A DNA stretch of 64,000 nt from the human T2T-CHM13v2.0 reference genome, Homo sapiens: assembly GCF_009914755.1 (NCBI RefSeq), contig NC_060947.1. One strand, written 5' to 3'. Positions 31,668 to 45,886 of the stretch are shown here, one piece after another. The translations under genes were made by a program, and so were the position numbers. The notes under the pieces are model-generated. The model did not search any database. It saw only the letters and a program-made list of their open reading frames with translations, and was not told the DNA's origin. The first letter of the stretch is position 1. Every line of letters begins with the position of its first letter.

Positions 31668-31870
31668 CAGTGGCTTCCAAATCTATTAGAGAGCAAGATG
31701 ATACTGCAATATGTATGCATATTTAGTTTTAATCTAAAAGATAATTAATCTTTATTAATATTTATGAATTGGCATAGTATGTGTAGACAATTTGTAAATA
31801 AATCTACGTCATCTGGGGATATGTCGATATTTTTACTGATAGGTGTGCACAATCAAGTTTGGAGATCACT
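31668..31870. mobile_element. MER112-like hAT MITE
   Basis: Terminal inverted repeats cagtggcttccaaa...tttggagatcact; internal tttttactgataggtgtgcac. Confidence 0.7.
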
Positions 31871-32269
31871 TGCTTAAAGTAAGCAAAGGATAGCCAGGGA
31901 TCACTGCACAGAGTAAGCAGAGCCCAAACTCTCCAATCCCACTCTCACATTTTCATTAGGGCATCTCTTTCATAGCCTAGCTTAGATTCCTCTCTCGTAA
32001 CCAGAGAAACTACCTTCTCTGATAACACTGATTCATCCTCAGATTTTTCATATCCCTGACAGCTTATAGCACTCCCTGTCTGATTCAAATATTTTGCTAT
32101 GTTAGTAATACTGCCTTATATTGCTTTCTGGTGTTTTCATCTGCAGTGATCCTGTCTTTCAAAGAAGATCTAAGTTGTTCTGGTGCTAGATTGAAATCCA
32201 GCTCACTTTTATCTGTCCGTAGTGCTGAGAAAATAAAAGGTACTCGGTGAGCACTTCTGGACTACATCT

Positions 32270-32585
32270 CCTAGGACCGTGCCATTCAAAGTGTGACCAA
32301 AAGTCCAGCAGCATCAGCATCACTTGGAAGCTTGTTAAAGCACATCAAAATTTGCACTGTTCTCCCTCTCTTTCTTCCACAATTCTCCCATTTCTCCTAA
32401 AGGCCCATCATATTAAACCAGTGCCTCTTAAACTTTAATGTGCATGAATTATCTGGGGGGAATCCTGTTAAAATGAAGATTCTGATTCAGTAGGTCTAGA
32501 CGAGACCCAAGATTCTGTATTTTAATAAGTTCCCAGGTTATTCTGGTGATTGTGAATGGTGCTTACACCTTTAGATTTCAGGCTC
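32270..32585. mobile_element. Two MER5A fragments
   Basis: ccagcagcatcagcatcacttggaagcttgtta; gattctgattcagtaggtct. Confidence 0.7.
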
Positions 32586-32589
32586 TAAA

Positions 32590-32875
32590 ACTATGCTGCC
32601 TGATATGGTAGCCCTAGCCACATGGAGGGATTGAGCACATGACACACGGGATTTCAAAGACTAAGTGTGGAAGAAAGAATATAAAATATCTCATTAATAA
32701 GTTTAAATATTGATTATATGTTGCATGGATAATATTTTGAATACATTGGGTTAAATAAAACATAGTATCACATTTAATTTCATCTGTTTCTTTTTACATT
32801 GTTAATCGAAGCTACTAGAAAATCTAAAATTATATATGTGGTCACATTATATTTTTATTGGACAATGTGGCTGTA
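32590..32875. mobile_element. MER33-like hAT MITE
   Basis: atatggtagccctagccacatg...gctactagaaaatctaaaatta...attggacaatg. Confidence 0.8.
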
Positions 32876-33277
32876 GACACTCCTCTGGTACTCTTAAATA
32901 CGAATATATGAAGGTAGTGTTATCTATTGAGAATCTATTGAGAATTCTTTGAGCATGAATCTCAAATTCATGCTGCTAAAGTTGCACCAGTTTAGGGATA
33001 GCTGAAAAAAACTGTAATTATACATCACAAAAATATCCTTAGAAAGATTTTCTTTCTCATGGAAGTATATACACTATAAATACAACTTCTATTACTCAAA
33101 ATATTGAGATTTTTGTCAACATTTCAGATTTCTGTGTGTATATGTGATTCATAATGTAGGCCTCCTCCTACATGGATGAATATACATATAAGCATTAGAT
33201 TAGTCATCTGTAATTAACTTCTTGACAAATATGGATAATGGGTGAGAAAGAATGCTATTATATCCAAAGTGTAACGT

Positions 33278-33575
33278 AATTGTTCCATAGTTCTTGATAT
33301 TATGCTCTATTTTTTCAGTCTTTTTTCTGCTTGCATTTCAGTTTTAGAAGTTTCTATTGACATATCATCAAACTCACTGATTTTTTTCTTGGCTGTGTCC
33401 AGTCTACTGATGAGCCCATCAAAGGCATTATTTATTTATATTACAGTGTTTTTGATTTCTAGTATTTTTAAATTTTTTCTTAGAATGTCCATCTCTGTTT
33501 ATATTACTCAAGTGTTCTTGAATGTGGTCTACTTTTTCCATTGGAGTCCTTTCATGTTAATCATAGTTATTAAAC
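33278..33575 (-). mobile_element. Isolated L1M ORF1-region fragment
   Basis: gtccagtctactgatgagcccatcaaaggcatt; homologous to ~18790-19090. Confidence 0.8.
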
Positions 33576-33809
33576 CCTCGATTTTCCTTATGGGTAGGTG
33601 TAGGAACAGCAGTGGCTCCAGAGTTGCTAAAGAGAGGGTCATCTGATCAGAAGAGAATGGGTAGAGACTTATTTTAAAATTGTATTAGCATTGCAAGCCC
33701 ATTGGTTTTTACTTGTATTGGAGCTGGATGAAATAGTGGGTAAAATAAGACATAAAATATGAATAGGAGGCAGCTAGGCAGGGAAGGGGGAAGAGTATTT
33801 GCTAAGTAC

Positions 33810-34429
33810 ATGTTTTGATTATCTATTACCATATAACAAACCTCACCTCCCCAATATTCCGTGGTACAAAACAACACTCTTCTATTTACAGTTATGGATT
33901 CTATGGGTCAGGAATTGGGGCAGGGCATTATAGGGAGAATGTTATATTTTTCTAAAATGTCTGGGTTTTCATCAGGAAAGACTCAACTGGCTTAAGAACT
34001 GGTGGCTGGAATCATCTGGTAGATTCTTGCCTTACATATCTGTGATGACTCAATGGCTGGGCTCAGCAGGACTGTTGAATAGAGATCTTACAAATGGCTT
34101 CTTCATGTGGCTTGTACTTCCCAGAGAAAAGTGACTGGGGTTCCAAGAGAGAACATCCAAGAGAGAGCATCCCAAGAAAGAGCATTCAGTGAGTGATCAT
34201 TTCACAAATTTAAGGAAGAAACTGCAAGGCTTCCTCTGATCTACCCTTGGAAGTCACATAGCATTACTTCATCTACTTCTATTATTGGAAGAAAGTCACT
34301 AAAGACAGCCCATATTCAAGGTGGGAATTAGATTCCATCCCTCAATGGGGTAGTGGCAAGGTCATATATCAGAAGAATGTGTAGGATGGAAGATGTTGTA
34401 GCCATCTTTGGAAAATTCAGCCCATCACA
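33810..34429 (-). mobile_element. MaLR LTR (MLT1G/H-like)
   Basis: ggattctatgggtcaggaatt...gccatctttggaaaattcagcccatcaca. Confidence 0.75.
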
Positions 34430-35074
34430 TCATACTAACAGAGTGTGGTGTGTTTGGGTAACAGAAAGTTAATTCTGACTGGAGCATAATGTCACCCTGA
34501 AAGACTTTATTTTACACTTACTTTTCCAGGGGCTATATTCTAGGGAACGACATTCCTTTGATTCTATAATAGGCAACCTGGTGTATTAGAGAGTTCATGG
34601 GCTGTGGAATTAAAAAAAAAAAAACCCCTGGGTTAACTTACTTTATTTTCTGTATTCATTGCACAACTATTTATTGTTCCTTCAAATGTTGTTTTTAACA
34701 TATTTATGCAGAGAATAACAACGAGCTTATGGGTTGCATTCAATCCTTGGCTTGACTGGAGTCCATTATCCTTTAGTAAAAACACCTAGTGGAGAGAGGT
34801 ACATTTGTGTCTACAGTTAGAAAAAAGGTAAAAGTGTTTTGAAAATCTTTGGTAACAATGGAGTAAAAAGCCCAAAGTTGATGACAGTGATCTAGGCAAG
34901 GCTGGGCCTCTTTAGGTATTCATCTTACTTGGTGTGTTCCTCTTACTTTTCTCTTGGTGTGTGTTTCTTCACATCTTTTTATGTCAGTTATATGTAAATG
35001 GTTGTGTTTGAGTCTTTACAAAGGTTTCTATGTATTTCTATGAGTCATTTTGTGGGTGTGTCCCTCATATGCTC

Positions 35075-35605
35075 TGTGGCAGATTGAATTTTCTAAGATG
35101 ACCAAAAAATATCTCCCATCCTGCACACTTATCTACAATGTAATGTTTGCGTTTCTTCCACGGAGAGATGAGGTTTATGGTCCCTTTTTTCAAATCTTAA
35201 TGGACTTGTTACTATGGTAAAAGTGATATTATATGACTTTTTAAGCTACGTTATTAAAGGTGATATGCCCATCTGGCCTTCTTGGGGCATGTGCTCTTGG
35301 GAGCCAGTCACAATGCTGTGAAGAATCCCAGCTCACGTGGAGAGGTCATGTGTAAGGGTTCCAGCTGATAGCCAGCATCAACAACCAGACATGTGAGTGA
35401 GCAAGACTTCAGATGATTCCAGCCCCCAGCTACTGAGTCATCATCATACTTTGAACTTTCCCAAGCAACAGTGAATAGAGGAGAGATGAGTTGTCCTTGC
35501 TGAGCCCTTCCCAAACTGCAAATTCATGAGTAAAATAAATGATTGCAGTTGATCTGTACCACTACATTTTGGCATGATTTGTTGTGCAGAAGTAGATGAC
35601 ATACA
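35075..35605 (+). mobile_element. MaLR LTR (MLT1G-like)
   Basis: tgtggcagattgaattttctaagatg...gagcccttcccaaactgcaaattcatgagtaaaataaatg. Confidence 0.82.
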
Positions 35606-36639
35606 TTTTCTGATTCTCTCTGTATGCCTTTCTCCATCTTGATCCCTGTATTTTATTGTCTAACTCTTTTCCATCTATATCTCTGATCCTTTTTTCTTCT
35701 TCTTCCTGCCTGTCTTTAGTTCTCTAATTTCTCTTATAATTTCTTGCCTTTTATTTCTTAACCTGCTGTAATATACAAGAGAGATAGAATTTTATATTTG
35801 GATAGTATTTTGTGCTCCCTTTTGCTAATTTTTAAAGCACAGGAGTGGAATATGTAATCTTCATTTCATTCTAAAACACAATAAAAATAAAGTTACTGCT
35901 TCTAACGAAAGCTTTTATTTTTTTGCCTTCTGAGTGTCCATGGCCCTCACAGGAATATTCTCTATCCTGCCTCTGGTGCTTCAGAACGGATGAATGTGTG
36001 GATAATGATTTCCTGGTGAATATAGTTTTCATTTTTATAACTTTATTTTTCAGCCCTTGAAAAATGGTATTAATATACTATGGTGGTGTTGTATTTCTTA
36101 AAAATATGTTGCTGAACTCTTCCTTTCTAATTCTGATAGACTAAAAAACCTGCCCTTTGGAAAGTGAAGGAGATAAATATTTTCTTTCAATGGTTCTTGA
36201 GGTAAGTAAGTTCTCCTAGCCCTAGGATAAAGGCTGAAGGATACAACTTCAGAGAGCTTGTAATAAGGCAGCCTCTGACCTGAAATCTGGAGGGCTGAGT
36301 TGAGAATATTTCGAGTCCTTCCCATGTGTGATGTTTTGGAATTTCTTATTTTCATGTCTTTATATTACCATCAGTTTTGCAAAAACTATTCAAATGCAAA
36401 ACTCAAATATGTCACCATATTCATTTTACTCCTTTATATGAAAAATCAATTACTTTCTACCTGATTCTTTACTTTTAATTCTATACCATGCAACCATGTA
36501 CCTTTTTATAATAATCCATCCTCTAGAGTAGAAGCCAGTATCACTGCTGAATGGTCTCCACGACCCGGACACATCCCAGGCATTCATCACATTTGTGAAT
36601 CCTACTTCCTAAATATCTCTCCCTCCTACTTTTGTTGGA

Positions 36640-36860
36640 GGTATCATGGTGTAGTAATGAAAATAACAAGGCTTTTGGGACCAGTTAGCCTTGGGCTTAG
36701 TCTTGGGTCTAACACTGTGACCTGGGGTGAGCTTGACCTGGGGTGAAATTGATTCTCAATTTCTATATCTATAAATTGGGGATTCATAGTGTCTTTGTGA
36801 TGAATGAGATAAGAGTGTCAAAGTATTTAGAACATAATGAATCCTTGATAAATGTTGGTT
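36640..36860 (+). mobile_element. MIR
   Basis: ctcaatttctatatctataaattgggg...aagtatttagaaca. Confidence 0.65.
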
Positions 36861-37004
36861 TCCCTCTTCAGATCCTCATTCTCTGTCTCCAAGGCTATTT
36901 CATTAAACCCTTATCAGGATTGCTGCTTTGTTAATTTCTTTTGTTCATAATTAAGAGCTGACTTCTCATTATGGCTTTCAAGATCCTTTACATTTTGGCA
37001 ACTG

Positions 37005-37505
37005 TTTTGGTTCTCTATTGTGGTATAGGAAGCAAATCCAAACCTTAGTGGCTTTAAATAACAACCTTTTAATTATTTCTCACAATTCTGTGGGTTGGAT
37101 GATTCTACCGGTTTCTCCTGGGATCTCTCAAGTCATATGGCAACTGGGGCTGGAATAACCAATATGACTGAACTCATATATTTGGCATCTTGGCTTGGAT
37201 GGTTACACTCAGCAGAGACCCTAGGACTTTAGGGTCTCTCCTTACTCAACCTCTCTATGTGGTATCTTCAGCAGGTTAACAAAACTCCTTATGTAGTATT
37301 TTAGGGCTGCCAAAAGTGTAAAACCCAAGAATCTAGGTCTTCTTAAAGCTGAAAGCCTGAGCTGCACAGGTCACTTCCATTGCATTTTACTGGCTACAAA
37401 GGAATAATTAAGCTAGCCTAGATTCACTGTGGGAGAGGACTACACAAAAGATGGGTTATGGGGAGGCAGGACTGACTGGAGGCCATCTTGGGAGACCAGT
37501 TACCA
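37005..37505 (-). mobile_element. MaLR LTR (old MLT1)
   Basis: cttagtggctttaaataacaacc...tctcacaattctgtgggttg...ggccatcttgggagaccagttacca. Confidence 0.75.
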
Positions 37506-37581
37506 AGTGACAAATTCCTTTTATAGTTTCATCTTCCACATTTCTTTTCAGTGTATTCTTCACTCCAAGTATACAAAACCA

Positions 37582-37586
<5 letters not shown>

Positions 37587-37626
<40 letters not shown>

Positions 37627-37640
37627 TGCGTGTGTGTGTG
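37587..37640. repeat. (TG)n microsatellite
   Basis: Directly visible. Confidence 0.95.
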
Positions 37641-37759
37641 TTACGAGGTGAGGTGGGAGAGAAAAGTTGTAGGGGTACTGTGCTTTGCACATCCCATTGT
37701 CTGAAATGCTAATTCTCTTCTTATATAGATATAAAACTTCTCCTCATACTTTTTGACAG

Positions 37760-38107
37760 TGTATTAGTCCGTTTTCATGCTGCTGATAAAGACATACCTG
37801 TGACTGGGCAATTTATAAAAGAAAGAGGTTTTATGGACTTACAGTTCCATGTGGCTGGGGAAGCCTCATAATCATGGCAGAAGGAGGAGCAAGTCACGTC
37901 TTACATGGATGGCAACAGGCAAAAAGAGAGCTTGTGCAGGGAAATTCCCTCTTATAGAACCATCAGATCTCATGAGACTTATTCACTATCACAAGAACAG
38001 CAAGGGAAAGACCTGCCCCTATGATTCAGTTACCTCCCACCAGGTCCCTTCCACAACATGTAGAATTCAAGATGAGATTTGAGTGAGAACACAGCCAAGC
38101 CATATCA
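37760..38107 (-). mobile_element. THE1 solo LTR (THE1B-like)
   Basis: tgtattagtccgttttcatgctgctgataaagacatacc...ccatatca; 5-bp TSD gacag. Confidence 0.94.
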
Positions 38108-38299
38108 GACAGCTAAAATGTTTACCTCATTTGTGAGGCCCTCCTTAACTCCCACAAAGACTCATTCCTTCTACTTGTCTGGATATATTTTATATTAGCA
38201 CACAGCCCTTATCAGTCCCTATATTGTTCGAATCTTTCTCTCAGACTTTATCTGAGCATCTTAAAGGCATGACTGACTTTTTTATTGTCCTATATTCAG

Positions 38300-39111
<812 letters not shown>

Positions 39112-39272
39112 AATATTTAATCAATAAATGTTGGTTTAATGACACCAGTGAATGAGTGAAGCTTGTAGATATTTTGTTTTTGTATTTGTGGATAAGGCAC
39201 AAATAATAAAAAATAGAAATGCCTTTTTTGAAATTAAAAAAAATTCATTAGAATGTATGTCTTTACGAATCA

Positions 39273-39600
<328 letters not shown>

Positions 39601-39759
39601 AGAATTTGTGATATCTACTAATATATTTAATATTCTTTTATTATTGTCCTCTTCTGAATACTTTCATTGTTCCTGGTAAAAATATCCCATACATTACGAG
39701 AACATTATGCAGTATCTAATTGCAATGCTTTGCTTTTGAACATACTGTGTATAAAATGG

Positions 39760-40222
39760 TGTCAGGCCTCTGAGTTGAAGCTCAGCCATTGTAACCCCTG
39801 TGACCTGCATGTATGTGTCCAGATGGCCTGCAGGAACCAAGAAGTCTGGGGCAGCCAAAAACCACAAAGAAGTAAAACAGCCAGTTTCTGCCTTAACTAA
39901 TGAACCAACATTACACCATTCTACTATTGTGGCTTGACCCTGCCATACTTTGATCAGTGACTTGGTGACATCCTTCTTCTGGACAATGAGTCTTATGATC
40001 TCCCCACCGCGCACCTTGTGACCTCCTCCTCTGCCAACAATAGATAACCGCCTTTTACTGTAATTTTCCATTACCTACCCAACTCCTATAAAGCAACCCC
40101 TTCCCCATCTCCCTTCGCTGACTCTCTCTTTGGACTCAGCCCACTTGCACCCAAGTGAAATAAACAGCCTTGTTGCTCACACAAAGCCTGTTGGTGGTCT
40201 CTTCATAAGGACGCGCTTGACA
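39760..40222 (+). mobile_element. HERV-H solo LTR (LTR7C-like)
   Basis: tgtcaggcctctgag...cccttcgctgactctc...cacacaaagcctgttggtggtctcttc...tgaca; TG..CA ends; 5-bp TSD aatgg; TATA at 40087; AATAAA at 40159. Confidence 0.92.
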
Positions 40223-41119
40223 AATGGGATCCATCTAACCTACAGGAAGAGGTTTCAGGAATTTGGGCAAGTTGCATTGGATGGGGAACTGTATGAAGAT
40301 TTTGGCACAGTTTGCATTAATACATTTCCTGATGCATCATTGTTTATGTTAGTTGTAAATTATTCTTTCATTGATAAATTTAGTTCTGTCATTGAGAGCC
40401 TTCTGCAAAGATTCTATTATGTTTAATTTTACTTTATTTAGAATAATTTGCTTCAGATCCGTTGTCCAGAACCTGCAAAATTACTTTAAAATTTAAAACA
40501 AAAATTCAAAAGTTAATTCAGATACAGTGGAACCCTCAGAAAACAGTGATGCTGAGAAATGAGCATATTTATTAATGTTCAGACAAGTACGCCTCTCTGG
40601 ACTTTTTAACACAGTTGTGATGCGACTTGACATGAATTAATTTGTGCAGTAATGAGGCATCTTTAAAAGAAGTGAGCCTCTCAAACCTGGGTGAATATTA
40701 GAATTACCTAGATGCTTGTCATAAATATAGGTTTCTGGAACCTATCCTTCTGAAATATATATTTAATATGCAAACCAGATCAGTCTGAAGATCTTCCAGG
40801 TTTGAGAAATGCTATCTAAAAGGCATGCCTGAATGACATTTAATCTGCCTAGATTATTAGCTCCTTCTGCTACAAGTAGGCCATGTTTTATATTGATTTG
40901 GTTTTCCCTGTAGCATCAGTACAATGTTGAGTAGATAGTGAACCATCAGTAAATACTTGGTAACAACTGTTTTAAGGCCCACCTATTTGCACTTGACTTG
41001 ATTAGTGGGGATTGTTGTCTTGCGGGATTTGCAATTTGGCATCTCAGTGCGATGTTGAATCAGTTCCTTCGCTATTCAACAGAATTATTTAAATCATTTA
41101 GTCAAGGGTAATGAAAGGA

Positions 41120-41330
41120 AGCTACCTTATATTAAGTATGTTCCATTGACAGATACTTTCTGTAGGTTATCTCATTTAATTCTCACAACAATCCTACGAG
41201 GAGGTACTTATCCTCATTCTGTAAATAAGGATACAGTTTAGGGAAGGGTAAGTAACTTGCTTAAAGTTATATAGCAAGTAAGTGATACAGCTGGGATTAG
41301 AGTCCAAGTTTATCCAATCCCAACATTCAT
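41120..41330 (-). mobile_element. MIR
   Basis: atctcatttaattctcacaacaatcctacgaggagg...aagtaacttgc. Confidence 0.82.
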
Positions 41331-42934
41331 GCTTTTTTCAATTTGCAAAAAGACTCCTTTCAAGGCATCTTCCAAGCAAAAGTCATATACAAAACATGCT
41401 CAATTAGTGGTATGGGAAAGAGGGGGATCAAAGTTAGGTTCTTCGTTAGCCAGATTTGATTCTGAGCTACAGGGAGAAATACATACTGAATTTATGAAAA
41501 AAACCAACAACTGGGTTTTTAAAAAATGATCAGGATAACTGTAGTTGAGAGGAGGAGTGAGAGTTTTCGGTGGCTACAATAAATAGAATTCTATGTTCAA
41601 GAGGGATTTAGAAAGGTCTTAAGAGGGAGTACTGCAAGGGTTGACACAAGAAGAGGTCAAGATATATATGGGGATTTCATTTCTATTGCGGGTCAAGGTG
41701 AGAATATTTTCAAGTAGTATCAAAGGGAACATGAAAAGTAGTCTCAGTGATAAGAGAAATGTGAGAATTGCCAGGCATGGTCCATTCCAAGACTGCTGGC
41801 TTAGGAGCCTCTAGGGATAAAAGGAATTAGGACCGGTTATGCTTAAATTCCATCCTGCAAATTGTCCTGAAACAGAGAAGGCTGTCAAAGTCAGGCAGGT
41901 CATCCGATAAGAGACCAATGTACGTGCCAAGGGGTGTGCTTGAGTCATATATTATCACAGCCGGAGTCACATCCTTAGTTGCTGTTCATAGTGACAAATC
42001 TCAGTGTAAAGTTAGCAAAGAACCAAGTGAATTCTTGCTCAAAAGGGTGGGCAGAATGTCTAGAAGCTTTAAAGAATGTCAAAGGCATATTCCACTTCAT
42101 ATTCCTCTTACTATTTATAATGACTATCACTTACATTTTATAGCAACATTGGTCCCTTTCTTCCTCTCTCACCTCCTTCCCGCCCCATGATTTTTTTTTC
42201 TTTTTCTCTTATGTAAGAGAAAAATCCATGTCTAATGACAAATTTTCCTCTAAAGGCTCAAAAGAGTATGTGATCTGTTTTATAAATGAATTAAATCACT
42301 TTCATCACAATAATATGATTTCTAAGGGGAACTTTCAGGTACCTAAAAGTGATATTTTGAGTTATTTTTGGATCAGGCTTTTAGACATGATAAAAATTGG
42401 CCTTTCATGATTACCTCAGCTGATCCATGCTACTCTTCAGGAGAAATTGAAAATTCCAGCTTGATACCGACGATGACTAGTTCATTGGCATCTTACTTGA
42501 ACAAATGTAGGTTAAATTTGGAAAGGATACACTCTAGTAATAAAACTGTCAGAAGACCAGCTTTTGATGGTCTAAAGCTTCCACAGTTGGTGAAATATTT
42601 GCAAGGGTACTGGAAATACATGACAATTAATTTTCTTAAGGAAAGAATTTAAGTCACATCTTTCCTTAGGGCAGACATAGACTGCCACTTCAGGAGGGGA
42701 CATATTAGGACCTGTTGGGTACATGATGTTTTCTGCTTATTCCTAGCTTGTATAAACACATCTTGTAAATTATTTTACAAGATGAATGACACAAGCTGGG
42801 CTTGTGTCAAGCAACAGAAGTCAAAACATATGACAGATCAATATACCATTATCTTGCCTGACTTTATTAGAGGTCAAAGATTACAGATCACTAGTAATGA
42901 AAGGGACCTAGAGATTACTGCATTATGAGGAAGG

Positions 42935-43190
42935 CTGGTAGTGGTTTAGGGTCGCAGCTTTGGAACCAGACTACTTCAGTTCCTATCCTGGTTCTACCAC
43001 TTACTACCTGTGTCACCTCATTCAAATTATCCAACCACCTTGTGCCTGAGTTTTCTTCTCTGTAAAATGGTAAGAGGAATAATAGTCCTCATCTCATTGA
43101 GTGTCATGAAGTTTATATGAGTTAATATCTGTAAAGCACTCAGAATGGTGCCTTATGTGTAATAAGGCCATATATGTCTTTTCTATTATC
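42935..43190 (+). mobile_element. MIR
   Basis: tcctggttctaccacttactacctgtgtcacc...ctgtaaaatgg...gtaaagcactcagaatggtgcct. Confidence 0.88.
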
Positions 43191-43479
43191 ATTACCTCAA
43201 GACCTCAGTTTACATTGAAGAATCTGAGACTTCTGAATGACTGTATGTAAGGCCACAGAGTGTGGGCCAGAAGTCAGCTCTGCTCATTCCAAACTCAGGG
43301 CTTTTTGCTCTGTCATGATGCCTTGCTATGGAAATAAACAATTTCAGTAAGTCCCAAGGAATTGGAATTTCATTGAATGCAGTATTTTTTAGGGTAAAAC
43401 CCAAAAATAATCAGTGATACTTATGACTATTGTCAAGAAGTATATATTAATTCTTCGGCCTTAGGCATTGTTGCAAATA

Positions 43480-43927
43480 TATTGGTGCCCCTGTATTTCA
43501 CTGCTCACTGGATCAGTGCTTGCTATGAGCATCCTTCTGTGGGCACTTGTGACTTTCTGCTCATGGTTTTTTTTTTTTTTCCCAGAGCGGGGGCTTTGTG
43601 TGCACAAAGCAGAAATATTCAGGAGTTAATGCTCCCTTTGGGACAGGCCCCCCCCCAAACAATGATGGAAGGGATTTGAAGAGTAAACACCCCGTCTTCT
43701 TGTCCCTCATATGATACAACACTGAGGATTATTCTATGCACTCTTTCCGAAGTCCCCAGCAGGATCAAGCTTCAAGAGCTCATGGCAGACACTTGCTTAC
43801 TGATAACACGCCTTGGATTGGCAGCTGCTTCTTTTAGTTTCACTGCCCTTCTCTTCTACTGGTGTTTCCTGGGATCACCTCTCAAGTAAACTACATACAC
43901 TCAAATCCTCATCTCAGGGTCTGCTTG
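43480..43927 (+). mobile_element. ERVL LTR (LTR16/LTR33 family)
   Basis: cctgggatcacctctcaagtaaactac...ctcaaatcctcatctcagggtctgctt. Confidence 0.7.
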
Positions 43928-44799
43928 ACCTCAGTGAATGATGATTAGAACTAAGCAAAAGATCTAGGTACTCTCTGATTTGGGGATAGACACACCCAAA
44001 TTATTGTTTAGTATTCTGGAAGACGCAAAAAATAAGCCAGCTGTGAGTCTCCTTAGAAAAAATGGACATGTTTTTAGGGTACCTTTTTTCCATACATAAC
44101 AATCTGGGCCTACTTAGAAATATAAAGTTCTCTGAAACTTTTAAACCCTGAAGGAAACTGGAAATGTTTGAACAAATAAAAATACTTACATAGCTTATAT
44201 AATTTTTAACACCCTTCACAGATCTAAAGTCACTTTGTTAATTTAGGAACATAAAAATGCATTATGTATAACTTGGTTGGCTCCTAAAAGTATCATGTTT
44301 GATATCTTGAGAGATGTGAAGGCCTGAAAAATTTGAGGGGCAAAAAGAATATTGTGTAAAGGAATCTTGAAATGCCATGATTAAATAAAATTCCAAGATT
44401 ATTCTATAAGCTGGTCAGTTATAGTCTGTTGGTCTAAGTGAGAGCATTCCTCCTGCCCTGGAATTGCTATAAGTAGGAGTTTAATTTTCCGGGAAATTTG
44501 GGGGCTATATCTGTGGGGTTGAGTCACCAGAGTTCTGGGGTTTGGCAAATGACCTGCAATTTTGATTTGGGGTGCTTTGGGACTGAGTTGTCCAATAGTG
44601 ATGCCCAAAGAGTGAGCCCTTGACATTCCCTATGCATCTCAGCACACTTTCTGGCACCCCTAGCATTCATAAATATGAATACAGTGTTGAGTAAAGAAAA
44701 GACAACCATGTTGAGATGCAGGTGCTGAGTAGTCTGTTAGACCCAGACGCGAGCTAAAGGACTTGGGTCCTCACACCACAGATGGAAGTATACAACTAT

Positions 44800-45190
44800 A
44801 TTCCTTTGCAAAACCTAGGATGAAATCAGCTAACAAATGATACTCCCCTGGCCACAGGGATTAGTTTACATGTGATCTTTTTAGCTCAGTGGTCAAAGTT
44901 TTTGTGGAGTGGTTGAAGGTAGCTTTCTGTCAGATGTAAACAAAGAAACATGTGATTTTGATTGTTACTGGAAATCACCCTTTGACTCAGCCTGAAAAAG
45001 AGGACAGGCAGACCTGAAACATTTACCTTAAATTTAGGAGAGAAGTAGAGCCACAGGCGTGATCAAACTGTATCTGAAACTGACACTATCTATGGTCTTC
45101 TCAGTTACACAAGCCACCAAATTCTCCTTAGTGTTTTAGCCTGTTTAGGTAAGAATTTATTTCTCTTACCAGAAGGCATCCTTATGGATC
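44800..45190 (+). mobile_element. Old MLT1 LTR fragment
   Basis: cccctggccacagggattagttt...ttctcagttacacaagccaccaaattctcctt. Confidence 0.5.
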
Positions 45191-45396
45191 CATTTAGATA
45201 TTATAGGAATGTGAATACTAGAATTTATTCTTTAAAAATGATTTAATATAAATTTTGCTTTAACTATAATCTAGCTCAATAAACTGTGCTCTCAGGCTCC
45301 ATTTTATAGATTTGTCTAGAGTTGATGTTAAGTATGGCTGAGAATTCTGAGCACCATTAGGAATTGAGCAGAGGATAAAATCCAGGGGTCTTCCTT

Positions 45397-45886
45397 TTTA
45401 CAACAAATAAGTGTTAGTCTCGCTCTGTCACCCAAGATGGAGTGCAGTGGCGCGATCTTGGCTCACCGCCAGCTCCGCCTCACAGGTTCACACCATTCTC
45501 CTGCCCCGGTCTCCCAAGTAGCTGGGATTACAGGCACCCGCCACCACGCCCGGCTAATTTTTTGTATTTTTAGTAGAGACGGGGTTTCACCGTGTTAGCC
45601 AGGATGGTCTTGATCTCCTGACCTCGTAATCCGTCCACCTCGGCCTCCCAAAGTCCTGGGATTACAGGCGTGAGCCACCGCGTTTGGCCTATTGTGTATT
45701 TTTAATGTATGCAGCATGATGTTATGAGATATAGATAGTCAAATGATTACTATAGTAAAGCAAATTAACATACCCATCATCTCACGTTTACCCATTATTT
45801 TTGTCTGTGTGAGGCAAGACTGCTACAATCTACTCAGCAAAAATTCTGATTATAATACACTATCATTAGCTATAGTCCTCATGTTA
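45397..45886 (-). mobile_element. L1MA 3' end interrupted by an Alu
   Basis: aagcaaattaacatacccatcatctcac...ctatagtcctcatgtt; TSD caggggtcttcctt/caggggccttctt. Confidence 0.75.
45416..45689 (-). mobile_element. AluY lacking its poly(A) tail
   Basis: Y diagnostics (ccgtgttagccaggatggtc); begins agtctcgctctgtc with no T tract. Confidence 0.93.

Noticed and set aside
32950-32975. 9-bp-stem hairpin agcatgaat...attcatgct
   Set aside because: Too short for a miRNA or structured RNA and expected by chance or local slippage.
33278-33575. Similarity to 18790-19090 suggesting a segmental duplication
   Set aside because: Both are the same part of the L1M consensus, strongly diverged, with no shared non-L1 flank.
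33810-35605. Two MLT1 LTRs that might bracket a provirus
   Set aside because: They are in opposite orientations, differ in sequence and have no MaLR internal region between them.
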